A stretch of DNA of 63,257 nt, the filler included, from Octopus bimaculoides (Eukaryota), in the NCBI RefSeq assembly GCF_001194135.2. It is 4 parts of 3 records of this genome, joined end to end, with 100 filler letters (N's around TTAATTAATTAA, not from the genome) between each part and the next. Parts side by side here need not be neighbours in the genome. Positions count along the whole stretch, not along the records: positions 1 to 27,856 come from NC_068983.1; positions 27,957 to 58,747 come from NC_068999.1; 2 more parts are not named here. One strand, given 5' to 3'. Shown one piece after another: positions 26,701 to 38,526 of the stretch. The notes beneath the pieces were generated by a model that had not been told where the DNA came from, did no database searches, and saw only the letters and a list, made by a program, of their open reading frames with translations. The number at the start of each line of letters is the position of its first letter. The first letter of the stretch is position 1. A program made the position numbers and the translations under genes.

Positions 26701-27800
26701 GTATTTGTCAGGAAGCTGACAAATACAAACAAGAAATCATACTACCTAACAAAGAAGAAGAAGAAGAAGAAGAAGAAGAAGAAGAAGAAGAAGAAGAAGA
26801 AGAAGAAGAAGAAGAAGAAGAAGAAGAAGAAGAAGAAGAAGAAGAAGAAAAGCTTTAAAACAAATGAAATCCAAACTAAAACTAGAACAGCAACAGACCA
26901 TGATAAAATGATGGCAAGAAAAGCCCCTACATGGTAAATACTGGGCTAAACTAAATGCAAAAGAGATAGACAGGGAAAAATCCCAGCAATGGTTGAGAAG
27001 CTCAGGACTCAAAGCAGAGACTGAAGGATTTTTAATTGCTACACAAGACCAAAGCCTCCCCACCAGAAATTACTAAAAACATATAACGAAAAGAAACATA
27101 ACAAGTAACTGCAGAATATGTGGCAATGGGCAAGAAACAATAAATCATATTATCTCTGGCTACCCAGTCCTGGCTAAGAAGGAATATATTCACCGACACG
27201 ACAGTGCTGGAACCTATATACACTGGAAACTATGCCAACACTATGGAATAACAACAGAAAAAAGATGGTATAAACACACGCCAGAAAAGGTCACAGAAAA
27301 CGAGAAAGCAACCGTACTCTGGGATATGCCAATACACACATATACAGAAATTAAGGCCAATAGACCAGATATAGTTGTCAAAGATCATGCAGGAAAAAAA
27401 TGCTTTCTAATTGATGTATCAATACCAACAGATGACAACGTTTCCCTAACAGAAATGGAGAAACTTTCAAAATACAAAGACCTGGAAATAGAGATAACTC
27501 GAATGTGGAATCTAAAAACAGAAACAATTCCTATCATAGTAGGTGCCTTAGGTATAATAAAAAAATATTCAGACAAATACATAACAAAAACACCAGGACT
27601 TACAAATATATATAACATACAGAAAATTGCACTACTGGGTACTGCACACATTCTACGCAAAACACTTTTAATACAGTAAACATAAGAGCACCACAGCAAA
27701 CCACAGCACATACCCAAGGCGCACAGAGCTGCGCTCGGTAGTGAAGTGAAAGCACGTTATAAAAATAAAACTACTGAATAATGATAATAATAATAATAAT
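26701..27800 (+). mobile_element. 5'-truncated, young R4/Dong-type non-LTR retrotransposon (CCHC + RLE, 3' UTR, (TAA)n tail)
   Basis: One frame from 26848 with only two stops: 'WQEKPLHGKYW...WLRSSGLKAETEGFLIATQDQSL...CRICGNGQETINHIISG...YIHRHD...LWDMPIHT...NRPDIVVKD...LIDVSIP...EKLSKYKDLEIEI...IIVGALG...LLGTAHILRKTL'. The tail (ATA/GAT)n starts at about 27778. Confidence 0.97.
26754..26849 (+). repeat. (GAA)32 inside the R4 ORF remnant
   Basis: Counted directly: 96 bp. Confidence 0.97.
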
Positions 27801-27801
27801 A

Positions 27802-27833
<32 letters not shown>

Positions 27834-27856
27834 AATCACTAATATTTTGTGATGAT

Positions 27857-27956
27857 NNNNNNNNNNNNNNNNNNNNNNNNNNNNNNNNNNNNNNNNNNNN
27901 TTAATTAATTAANNNNNNNNNNNNNNNNNNNNNNNNNNNNNNNNNNNNNNNNNNNN
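27857..27956. other. Artificial scaffold linker N44-TTAATTAATTAA-N44
   Basis: Exactly 100 bp, with identical structure at 58748-58847 and 62060-62159. Confidence 0.95.
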
Positions 27957-28322
27957 TATATCACTGTGGATGTGTGAGAGTGAGTGTGGGTGTATGTATG
28001 TGCATACGTACATATATATATGTATATATATATAGTGAAAATGTTCGAGAAAATATTAGAAATAAGATATATATATGACTGTGGTTGTGTGGCTGTGTGT
28101 GGTTGTATGCAGGTACATACATACATACATGTGTGTGTGTGTGTATGCTTATATAGCTGTGTGTATTATATGTATGTGTGCTTATAAATGGCCGCATGCG
28201 CGAAACAAGTCATAAATATCCGTGTTTCACACTTTCTAGCTGTATTATCGGTTATTTTCAGGGAAAACCGCGGCTAAATTAAGATTTGCCTCGTAAACTG
28301 TTTCAGCTCAATCTCCCTCTCC

Positions 28323-28356
<34 letters not shown>

Positions 28357-28452
28357 CATGCACACATGCACACATGCACAAACACATGCATACACACACA
28401 AACATACGCACAAACACACTCACACACACACATACTCCCTTTTCACTCTATT

Positions 28453-28523
<71 letters not shown>

Positions 28524-29091
28524 GTGTGTGAGTGTAGCCTTCTCTCTCTGACTCTCACTCTCAACCTTACTTATAGATTAGATTACACGGAGAAGAAGTA
28601 GAAGGGAAAGGAGCGGGTAGAGGTAGATGTGACGAGAGTGAGGTGTGAGAGTGAAGCAATGGCCGTCGGATTTACATTAATTGTCTTCAAAACAAGATCC
28701 GATGCAGCAGCATCAACAACAACAACAACAACTGCAGAAACAACAGTAAAAACATCAAGAATGACAACAACAACCACAACAACATCAACAAAAATACGAC
28801 GTGTAGCAAAAGCAAGAAATACAATAACAAGAATAACAACACCAAAATAACATCAACGACTACAACATTCACATTCACAATAACAATAAAAACAATGACC
28901 ACCAGAACAACAATAATAACAACCCCAAAGATATGTGTGTGTGCGTGTGTATGTAGATGTATATGTATATCTATAAGTATGTACATACACACACACACAC
29001 CACACACATATACACATATACATATATTTATATGTATATATACACACACACAGAGAAACACATACATATATATATAAATGCCAATCTACTT

Positions 29092-29136
<45 letters not shown>

Positions 29137-29764
29137 AATTTTGTGGGGAAAATACAGGAATAAGGCCCCAATAACAATAACAATTGTAGCAACAACAACT
29201 GCGGCATTGGAAATAACAAATGAGAAACTATGACTTCTAACATAAATCTTAATCATAAATATCAGATTTTCTTTCCAATCATTTCTTCTACGTAATATAT
29301 GTGTGTATGTATGTATTTCTCTGTGTGTGTGTGTGTTTGTATGTTTGTATATAGGCATATACGTATATATATGTGCGTGTGTGTGTGTAAGTGTGTGTAT
29401 TTGTGTGTGTGTGTGTGTGTATCTATGCATAAATCTATTATATGTGTGTGTACGTGTGTATATACAATAATGCATATTTGCGTGTGTATATCTACGTATA
29501 TGTGTGTGTGCGCGTGTGTATGTGTGTATTTGATTCTGTATGTGTATGTACGTGCGTTCGTGTGATTGCGTCTCCGTGCAGATATTGTACGTGAGCAAGG
29601 TATTTACAACTGACGATAGACTGTATGCTAAAATTTTATACATACAACATAGCATTGGAAGAAAAGATTGGTAAAACATCAGATACACCAAGCCGAAATG
29701 GTACGTTGGCTTTTTTTTATATATAATTTCTTTAGTTGTAGGGCCCATAACGCCGATTTCCCAG

Positions 29765-30200
29765 TTTCCATGGCACATGAATGAAGAACATCGATTGGCT
29801 ACGACGCAAAGGGCCATGGAGAGATCTATGCTTGGAATATCATTATGAGAGAATATTCAAAATGAAATAATTCGGGAACGGAGCGGAGTGAACGATGTGA
29901 TAGCAGGATATCGAAAGCACAAGTTCCGCTGGGCTAGACAAGCCGGAAGATACACAGACAATAAGTGGACCCATGCAGTTGCTGAGTGGTATCTTAGTGA
30001 TCGGAAAACATTGTTTGACCAAAACGATTTGCTCAAACAGTTTGGATCAAGATGGAAAAATGGTGTAATCAGGACAGAATTGGATGTGCATTGTGACCAG
30101 CGGTGTATAACAGCATCTGATGTCTTGGTCGATACGATGATACTTTGATAAGTGACCGAGATCACAACATACAACATATCCCCTGAACGGGGTCGGTGGT
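29765..30200 (+). mobile_element. RTE-clade LINE 3' end
   Basis: 'EEHRLATTQRAMERSMLGISL*ENIQNEIIRERSGVNDVIAGYRKHKFRWARQAGRYTDNKWTHAVAEW' is a typical RTE post-RT C-terminus. Confidence 0.9.
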
Positions 30201-30204
30201 CAGT

Positions 30205-30406
30205 TGCAAGGATTCAAGGCTTGAGAGAAAGCGAGTAGTCGATTACATCGACACCAGTATTTGATGGGTACTTTACTTTTTCGACCCCGAAAGGATGAAA
30301 GGAGAAAGTTGACCTCGACGGGATTTGAGCTCAGAACGTAAAGACCCAGAATATATGCCACCAAGCAATGTGTCCGACGTCCTAACGATTCTACCAACTC
30401 ACCGCC
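30205..30406 (-). mobile_element. SINE family B
   Basis: Reverse-complement head 'ggcggtgagttggtagaatcgttagg', 'gagctcaaatccc', 'tttcatcctttcggggtcga'. Confidence 0.9.
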
Positions 30407-30742
30407 AGTGGGTCGTGGTACGTTGATGATACTGTGGGACAGTTCTTGAGTTACACAAGCAAAACCGTCGAAACGTGACGTTATGGAAAGGTCAAAAGCT
30501 CAACACAGGCTACTCTTATTATTAGCATCATTCCTAAGTTTACAGGACGCATGCTGGTGGATATCTATTTTGTGGTATGCAATATGTTTCGCTTCTACGT
30601 GTTAAGTTACGCCGTAACACTTTACTGTCGCATAGTAAGCAATCGGAAGATACAAGTTCTTCCAGACGAATTCACAATCTGTTTGTCTATGTCTTTGTGT
30701 ATGCGTGTGAGTGAGAGTACATGCGTGCACGCAAGTATATTG

Positions 30743-30787
<45 letters not shown>

Positions 30788-30806
30788 CATACAGAGTAAG
30801 TTATGC

Positions 30807-30845
<39 letters not shown>

Positions 30846-31071
30846 GATAGACAGATAGAGATAAATAGATTAAATGTGTGTATGTATATATTTGTGTGCA
30901 TATAAGCTAGAAAGATAGGTAGGTAGGTCGATAGATAGATTTGTGTCTGTCTGTCTGTGTATGCATGTGTGTGTGTGTGTGTGTATGCTTATATGTTATG
31001 TATAGGGCAGGCCAAAAGTCTCGCACCAAGATATATGACATTTTATTTATATTACTTTATCATTGTAAATA

Positions 31072-31298
31072 AGACGGTGAGCTGGCAGAAACGATGGCAC
31101 GCCGGGCGAAATTCTTAGCGGTAATTCGTCTGTTTTTACGTTCCGAGTTCAAATTCCGCCGAGGTAGATTTTACATTTCATCCTTTCGGGGTCGATAAAT
31201 TAAGTACTAGTTTTGTCTGGGATCGACCTTATCGACTGGCTCCTCTCCAAAAATTTCGGGCCTTGTGCCTAGAGTAGAAAAGATTACTTTATTATTAT
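31072..31298 (+). mobile_element. SINE family B, full length
   Basis: Head 'gacggtgagctggcagaaacg', B-box 'gagttcaaattcc', body 'tttcatcctttcggggtcgataaattaagtac', (TTA)-type tail. A second head starts at 31312 before the gap. Confidence 0.93.
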
Positions 31299-32096
31299 TT
31301 TTAGTTTTATTAAGGCGGCGAGCTGGCAGAATCGTTAGAACGCTGNNNNNNNNNNNNNNNNNNNNNNNNNNNNNNNNNNNNNNNNNNNNNNNNNNNNNNN
31401 NNNNNNNNNNNNNNNNNNNNNNNNNNNNNNNNNNNNNNNNNNNNNNNNNNNNNNNNNNNNNNNNNNNNNNNNNNNNNNNNNNNNNNNNNNNNNNNNNNNN
31501 NNNNNNNNNNNNNNNNNNNNNNNNNNNNNNNNNNNNNNNNNNNNNNNNNNNNNNNNNNNNNNNNNNNNNNNNNNNNNNNNNNNNNNNNNNNNNNNNNNNN
31601 NNNNNNNNNNNNNNNNNNNNNNNNNNNNNNNNNNNNNNNNNNNNNNNNNNNNNNNNNNNNNNNNNNNNNNNNNNNNNNNNNNNNNNNNNNNNNNNNNNNN
31701 NNNNNNNNNNNNNNNNNNNNNNNNNNNNNNNNNNNNNNNNNNNNNNNNNNNNNNNNNNNNNNNNNNNNNNNNNNNNNNNNNNNNNNNNNNNNNNNNNNNN
31801 NNNNNNNNNNNNNNNNNNNNNNNNNNNNNNNNNNNNNNNNNNNNNNNNNNNNNNNNNNNNNNNNNNNNNNNNNNNNNNNNNNNNNNNNNNNNNNNNNNNN
31901 NNNNNNNNNNNNNNNNNNNNNNNNNNNNNNNNNNNNNNNNNNNNNNNNNAAGATAATCAGCGCATGACCTTGGAGGTGGGGCCCAGTTAGAATTTTCTTC
32001 AGGTCGAGTAGCCCATCCTGCTCAAAAGGTCCCTGAATAAGGTTTGTTTAAGGATGTTGAGCAAAACATCCATGTTTCCAAAGGTGTATTATTCAA

Positions 32097-32196
<100 letters not shown>

Positions 32197-32418
32197 AGGC
32201 GGTGAGCTGGAAGAATCGTTAGCACGCTGAGCGAAATGCTTAGCGATATTTAGCCAGTCGCTCAGTTCTGAGCTCAATTTCTGCTGATGTCAACTTTGCC
32301 TTTCATCCTTTCAGAGACGATAAAACAATTACTGTTTGAACACTGGGGTCGATGGAAGTGACTCATCCCGTCCCCCAAAATGGCTGCCCCTGTGGCAAAA
32401 TTTGAAACCATTATTATT
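32197..32418 (+). mobile_element. SINE family B, full length (variant tail)
   Basis: 'aggcggtgagctggaagaatcgttagcacg...ctttgcctttcatcctttc...aaatttgaaaccattatt'. Confidence 0.92.
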
Positions 32419-33380
32419 AATTTTGTTCATCATGCACAAGTATGTGTGTATTCATCATTATTTTATTTATTTTATTCAACTTTAGAAAAATTGAACTGTC
32501 TTTGATAACACCGGAGCGTATTGAACTTATTTTGTGCGTGAATTTTGGCCCACCCTGTAAAAGATACATATACATATAAGTTGATTTGTTTCTTGTTGTT
32601 GTTGTTTTTTTTGTTTTCTTTTTTTTTTTCTTTTTTTTTCTCCAATTCAGAACAAAATTTCAATGTACGACATTCATTATGTCAATATTTAATTCAATTC
32701 TTCCAATCCACCCCAGTGGACACTGAGTTAATTCTTTTAGCTTTTATTAATTCAAATTTTTTTTTAGTTANNNNNNNNNNNNNNNNNNNNNNNNNNNNNN
32801 NNNNNNNNNNNNNNNNNNNNNNNNNNNNNNNNNNNNNNNNNNNNNNNNNNNNNNNNNNNNNNNNNNNNNNNNNNNNNNNNNNNNNNNNNNNNNNNNNNNN
32901 NNNNNNNNNNNNNNNNNNNNNNNNNNNNNNNNNNNNNNNNNNNNNNNNNNNNNNNNNNNNNNNNNNNNNNNNNNNNNNNNNNNNNNNNNNNNNNNNNNNN
33001 NNNNNNNNNNNNNNNNNNNNNNNNNNNNNNNNNNNNNNNNNNNNNNNNNNNNNNNNNNNNNNNNNNNNNNNNNNNNNNNNNNNNNNNNNNNNNNNNNNNN
33101 NNNNNNNNNNNNNNNNNNNNNNNNNNNNNNNNNNNNNNNNNNNNNNNNNNNNNNNNNNNNNNNNNNNNNNNNNNNNNNNNNNNNNNNNNNNNNNNNNNNN
33201 NNNNNNNNNNNNNNNNNNNNNNNNNNNNNNNNNNNNNNNNNNNNNNNNNNNNNNNNNNNNNNNNNNNNNNNNNNNNNNNNNNNNNNNNNNNNNNNNNNNN
33301 NNNNNNNNNNNNNNNNNNNNNNNNNNNNNNNNNNNNNNNNNNNNNNNNNNNNNNNNNNNNNNNNNNNNNNNNNNNNNNNN

Positions 33381-33670
33381 ACGGATAGTGTTATTGGACG
33401 CTCGGGAAAGGAAGGAGAGAGAGTATGACGTTTCGGGCGGAGCCCTTCGTCGGAAAGACAGAAAGTTCGGAGAATGGTAAAACAGAGGAAGAAGAAAATG
33501 GCACCGATGCCCACGAGGTTACATTGTGAGACGTGGGCGATTCTTTCTTGTCTTGGGATTCACGGTCAAACGGCTGGGTGGAATTGTACGAAATATTTCA
33601 CATGTGTAGAATTATCCGGTGATGTTGCTGGGCTTTGTATTTTTTTCATAGCTCCCATGGTTACCGAGAT
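33381..33670 (-). mobile_element. Penelope-like LTR-type repeat with minimal hammerhead motif
   Basis: Minus strand CCGACGA-A-GGGC-TCC-GCCC-GAAAC-GTC at 33453-33427, the minimal type I form known from PLEs, with U4 changed to C. Confidence 0.6.
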
Positions 33671-34223
33671 AATCTACTATAATAATACTCTTGTGTTTAT
33701 GAATGAGAACGGAAGGGGTGATACATGAATAAGGAAGGAAGTGGTGATAGATAAATAAGGAAGGATGGGGTGATGACATACTTAGTAATGGGATGATGAA
33801 AATTGTACACTGAAAAATAAATCAAACAGCGTTTCAACTCTGTGTAAATATATGTGTTTGTATGTAAAAGAGGGGTATGTGAATGTGTGTGGGATGGGAT
33901 TGAATGCATATTGAATGCAGGGTGTGGGATTGAAGCAAAAACCATGAGCTTGTAGCTGCCATTTTTGTACGTGTCGTTCCCAAATGTGTTTAAATGAAAG
34001 CACATAACGATAAGCGTTTCCTTCAAACATTCATTTTAATATTTCAAAAGATATTCAGGCAGTGGATATTCAAAAGAAAACCAGGCGCGGTTTGCAAGCT
34101 GATGATCGGAAACGAGCAGCTCTGAGTACTGGAAATTGGAGCCTTTTAGTTATAATGTATTAAAGAATACGCTACGTTTTTTATTGAGTCTCGTTATTTA
34201 TCGCTTCTGGTGAATCAACAGAG

Positions 34224-34281
<58 letters not shown>

Positions 34282-34319
34282 GCCTGTATATGCACAGTTA
34301 CTTTCATTAAGTAGATATA

Positions 34320-35383
34320 CGAGGTCTGATCAATAAGTATCCGGACTGTGACCATAGTAACGAAGCTCAAATACGCAGGTAAAGCCGCTTCGCACAGATT
34401 GACTTTGACCTCTGCTGTACGTGTGGACTACGTTTAATGTTCTAGCTCACTCCCGCTGTTTACAGCAGTGCTAACATGTGTAACATGTGATGGTCACATT
34501 GACCATGACAGAGAAAGTTGTCATGGCAATACCTCCTCAGAGACCTACGCAAGTTTGCAGAAAGTGTATGGAGAGGAGTTTATGAGCCGCACACAAGTGT
34601 ATGAGTGGTTCAGACGTTTCCAAGATGGCCGAAAAATGTAGATAGTAACGAACGTTCTGGAAGACCTACAACCAGCAGAACTGAGAGAAACATCGCAGAT
34701 GTGCGTGAAGTTGCGAGGGGAAATCGTCGAATCACTATCTGTGAGTTATCAGAGTTACGATTCAGTTCAGCTCATTATCACTGAAGATTTGGGTATGAGA
34801 CGCGTGTTTGCCAAGTTTGTACCAAAGCTGCTTTCAGATGACCAGAAAGACACTCGGGTTTCAGTTGCACAAAATCTCCTTGAGTGCATCGAGAACGATG
34901 AAAACGTTTTGAAAACTTTGCGTAGACTTCTTATTTCTTTATTGCCCACAAGGGGCTACACACAGTGGGGACAAACAAGGACAGACAAATGGATTATATC
35001 TACCCCAGTGCGTAACTGGTACTTATTTAATCGACCCCGAAAGGATGAAAGGCAAAGTCGACCTCGGCGGAATGAATTTGAACTCAGAACTCAGAACGTA
35101 ACGGTAGACGAAATACCGCTAAGCATTTCGCTCGGCGCACTAACGTTTCTACCAGCTCGCCGCGTAGACTTCTGAGCAGGTATCGCCAAGCTTTTGGCAA
35201 AATTTGATGCATATTCTCTGCTCAACTTGCTCCGTCGTGGTCAATGCGACGAACACACTCTACACATGTTACTTCCGAGCACTGCTGTAAACAGTGGAAG
35301 CAAGCTAGACCGTTAAAGCTAAGTGCGCATGCACAACAGTGTTTACGATGGCAATAGTGCGGATACTTATTGATCATACCTCA
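34320..35383 (+). mobile_element. Non-autonomous mariner (internal deletion), TA-flanked, long imperfect TIRs
   Basis: TA at 34318-19 and 35384-85. The 28-bp terminal repeats (34320-34347 / 35356-35383) have 3 mismatches. Transposase N-terminus 'KVYGEEFMSRTQVYEWFRRFQDGR', 'ERSGRPTTS', 'DLGMRRVFAKFVPKLL'; no DD34D region. Confidence 0.93.
34932..35161 (-). mobile_element. SINE family B nested in the mariner with a 12-bp TSD
   Basis: TSD GCGTAGACTTCT at 34920-34931 and 35162-35173. Confidence 0.95.
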
Positions 35384-35934
35384 TAACTTAAATATAGATT
35401 CGATGTTTTTTGGGGGGTTTTTTCATATATCAAATCGTTTGGATATAACCTAGTGCTGATATAATTTCTCACATATTCAGCTTGTTCAGTTATTTTAATT
35501 TAAATTTTAAAATATTTATTATAATACAAGTTTCATCGACATCATTCATTAAAAAAAATATCTTTTTCAACACAATATTTTTTCTCATATTTTATGATTA
35601 AATTAATCTTCTTAAAAAGAATAATAAAACAAATTTATAGATATTCTAAAATCGCTCGACTTTCACTATGCAATAGCATTTTTTACCTCAAATCTTAAAA
35701 AATATTCGTTACCAATGAATACTCTCTTTTCAAATTGAAGTACTATTTAATCAAAACTTTTCAAATCGTTCGAATTATTCAATTATATGTATATTAAATC
35801 TAAGCACACACACGCGCGCAATTTCCCATGTTATTATTATTATTATCATGCTAGTGCATGTTAATTTAATTAGCACGTGTTTTATCTTGAGGTTTGGTGA
35901 AAACAAGTTTCTTCAAATCTCAAGAATCTTTCTA

Positions 35935-36363
35935 AGGATTCTTACAGAGTATAGGATGGTACTTTCTGCAGGTGAACTTTTCTTTTTTGTCTGATAGTCT
36001 TTGTTCTGTGATAGGGAACAAGTCTTTCTCTGTTCAAATGTTAAGCTTTCTTTTCCGGTATCCAATTTTGGTATGCTCGTTTCTGTAACAGTATTCCATT
36101 ACAATTCTATTGTCGTTTGGAGTCCATTGTTACCTAATCTTTGTCACAGTATTTGGATAACAACCAAGTCCACCCTGCTTCACAGGGGAGTACTTGCCGT
36201 ACGAGAGACCTTCACTCGGTGTAGCCTAACCTTTTCGAGCTATACGACCTGAGAAAGCCCGTGCTCTCCACTACCGCCGTTAAGTAGAATACTGAAACTT
36301 CGACTTCCATAACTAGACTTGGGATGAATACTTACGTGGTTTCCTGTTGCCTTCTCGAGGCAT
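35935..36363 (-). mobile_element. 5' end (UTR + N-terminal domain) of an R4/Dong-type LINE
   Basis: 'WTPNDNRIVMEYCYRNEHTKIGYRKRKLNI*TEKDLFPITEQRLSDKK' matches the R4 N-terminal motif (KWT.EEN..VM.CYY...GYRKRM...TEQRL.DQ). Confidence 0.8.
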
Positions 36364-36575
36364 GTAGGATTTGAACTCAAAATATAGAAAGCCGGAATAT
36401 ATACCGTAAAGCATTTCTGCCAGCGCATCAACGATTCTGCCGCTCTCCCACCCGCACAATAACATCAAATGTAGTGTTTTGCTCAAGAAAACAATGCACC
36501 ACCCGGTCGGGGAATCGAAACTACGATCTAGCGATCGTGAGTGCAACTCCTTAACCACTACGTCATGCACCTTCA
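36364..36575 (-). mobile_element. Two abutting truncated SINE heads (family-B head; separate tRNA + CORE/V-like head)
   Basis: 36364-36450 reverse-complement 'ggcagaatcgttga...gagttcaaatcc'. 36455-36571 reverse-complement 'tagtggttaagg...gtttcgattcccc...ttcttgagcaaaacact'. Confidence 0.75.
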
Positions 36576-36649
36576 CACATATACATACAGATACATGTAA
36601 ATAGATAAAGAGATAGATGAGAGATAGTAGAATGAACGACGTTCTTTAT

Positions 36650-36785
36650 TTAAAATCCGTCTACAAAATCTACTCACAAGGTTATGATTGGGCCAAGCCT
36701 AGAGTAGAAGACACTTGCCGAAGTAGCCGCTCAGTGGGAGTGAACCCGGTACCGTGTGGGAAACAAGCTTCTTATCACATAGCAA
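36650..36785 (-). mobile_element. SINE family A head, degraded
   Basis: Reverse-complement 'gggttcactccc...ggcaagtgtcttctactcta...tgtgagtagattt'. Confidence 0.75.
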
Positions 36786-36807
36786 CATGTAAATATACAC
36801 TTATATG

Positions 36808-36845
<38 letters not shown>

Positions 36846-38488
36846 NNNNNNNNNNNNNNNNNNNNNNNNNNNNNNNNNNNNNNNNNNNNNNNNNNNNNNN
36901 NNNNNNNNNNNNNNNNNNNNNNNNNNNNNNNNNNNNNNNNNNNNNNNNNNNNNNNNNNNNNNNNNNNNNNNNNNNNNNNNNNNNNNNNNNNNNNNNNNNN
37001 NNNNNNNNNNNNNNNNNNNNNNNNNNNNNNNNNNNNNNNNNNNNNNNNNNNNNNNNNNNNNNNNNNNNNNNNNNNNNNNNNNNNNNNNNNNNNNNNNNNN
37101 NNNNNNNNNNNNNNNNNNNNNNNNNNNNNNNNNNNNNNNNNNNNNNNNNNNNNNNNNNNNNNNNNNNNNNNNNNNNNNNNNNNNNNNNNNNNNNNNNNNN
37201 NNNNNNNNNNNNNNNNNNNNNNNNNNNNNNNNNNNNNNNNNNNNNNNNNNNNNNNNNNNNNNNNNNNNNNNNNNNNNNNNNNNNNNNNNNNNNNNNNNNN
37301 NNNNNNNNNNNNNNNNNNNNNNNNNNNNNNNNNNNNNNNNNNNNNNNNNNNNNNNNNNNNNNNNNNNNNNNNNNNNNNNNNNNNNNNNNNNNNNNNNNNN
37401 NNNNNNNNNNNNNNNNNNNNNNNNNNNNNNNNNNNNNNNNNNNNNNNNNNNNNNNNNNNNNNNNNNNNNNNNNNNNNNNNNNNNNNNNNNNNNNNNNNNN
37501 NNNNNNNNNNNNNNNNNNNNNNNNNNNNNNNNNNNNNNNNNNNNNNNNNNNNNNNNNNNNNNNNNNNNNNNNNNNNNNNNNNNNNNNNNNNNNNNNNNNN
37601 NNNNNNNNNNNNNNNNNNNNNNNNNNNNNNNNNNNNNNNNNNNNNNNNNNNNTTTGTTATTTATTTCCTTCCCCATCTTTTATCAGCGAAGTTCATTTCG
37701 GAGAACCGATTTTTTTGGCTATTACGTTTTAAAGCGATTCTCTTCTTAGTATCTTAGTTTTTTTGTTTTCCAGTTCTATCATTTTAATTAATTGTTTTAT
37801 TATTCCTACTTTCATCATTATCTTAATTAGCTGTGGCTTCAAACGAAATGAGGGGGGGGGGGATAAATACTAATTTCTTTCTTTATTCCTGTTTAGCATT
37901 TTCTTCCTTTTGTACTGTTTCTGGATTTTATTTTTGTTTTCATTTAGTTATTTATTATATTTTTTTCCTTTAATGCTTTTCTGCATTGGTGGTGTGTGAG
38001 GGGGTAGCAATTGTTTGTCAAATATCTTGATCTGAGACCTAGTGGTGAAACTAAAGCAATTATATCATGAAAGAAACGCATTTCCATTTATGTTCCGATA
38101 GTACAAGCCACTCAAAATTTAACGTCGCACATCTGCGACCTGATCATTGACTCCGGATCTGTCGAAAGTCTGTTACGCGACAGATTTTGCAGACCTCGAA
38201 TTTTTTCCTCTACATACATTTTCTTTGTCATTCTTTTTTCTTCTTCATTTCTTTATTTCCTTTGCTATTTTTCTTCAATTTTAAGCATTCCACAGCCTGC
38301 TATTTTTTCAACGAACCAAATTTTATATTTTTAGTACACCTGAGGAAAACGTTCTTTTTTTTTCGTTTTATTTTTCAATATGTTATCGAATTATTCAGCA
38401 ATGAAAAAACAATGCGTCAGAAACAGCTGTAGTGAATATTAGCCCGTTTGTGTTCTATTTATTTTCTTTTGTACATATAAATGTATGT

Positions 38489-38526
<38 letters not shown>

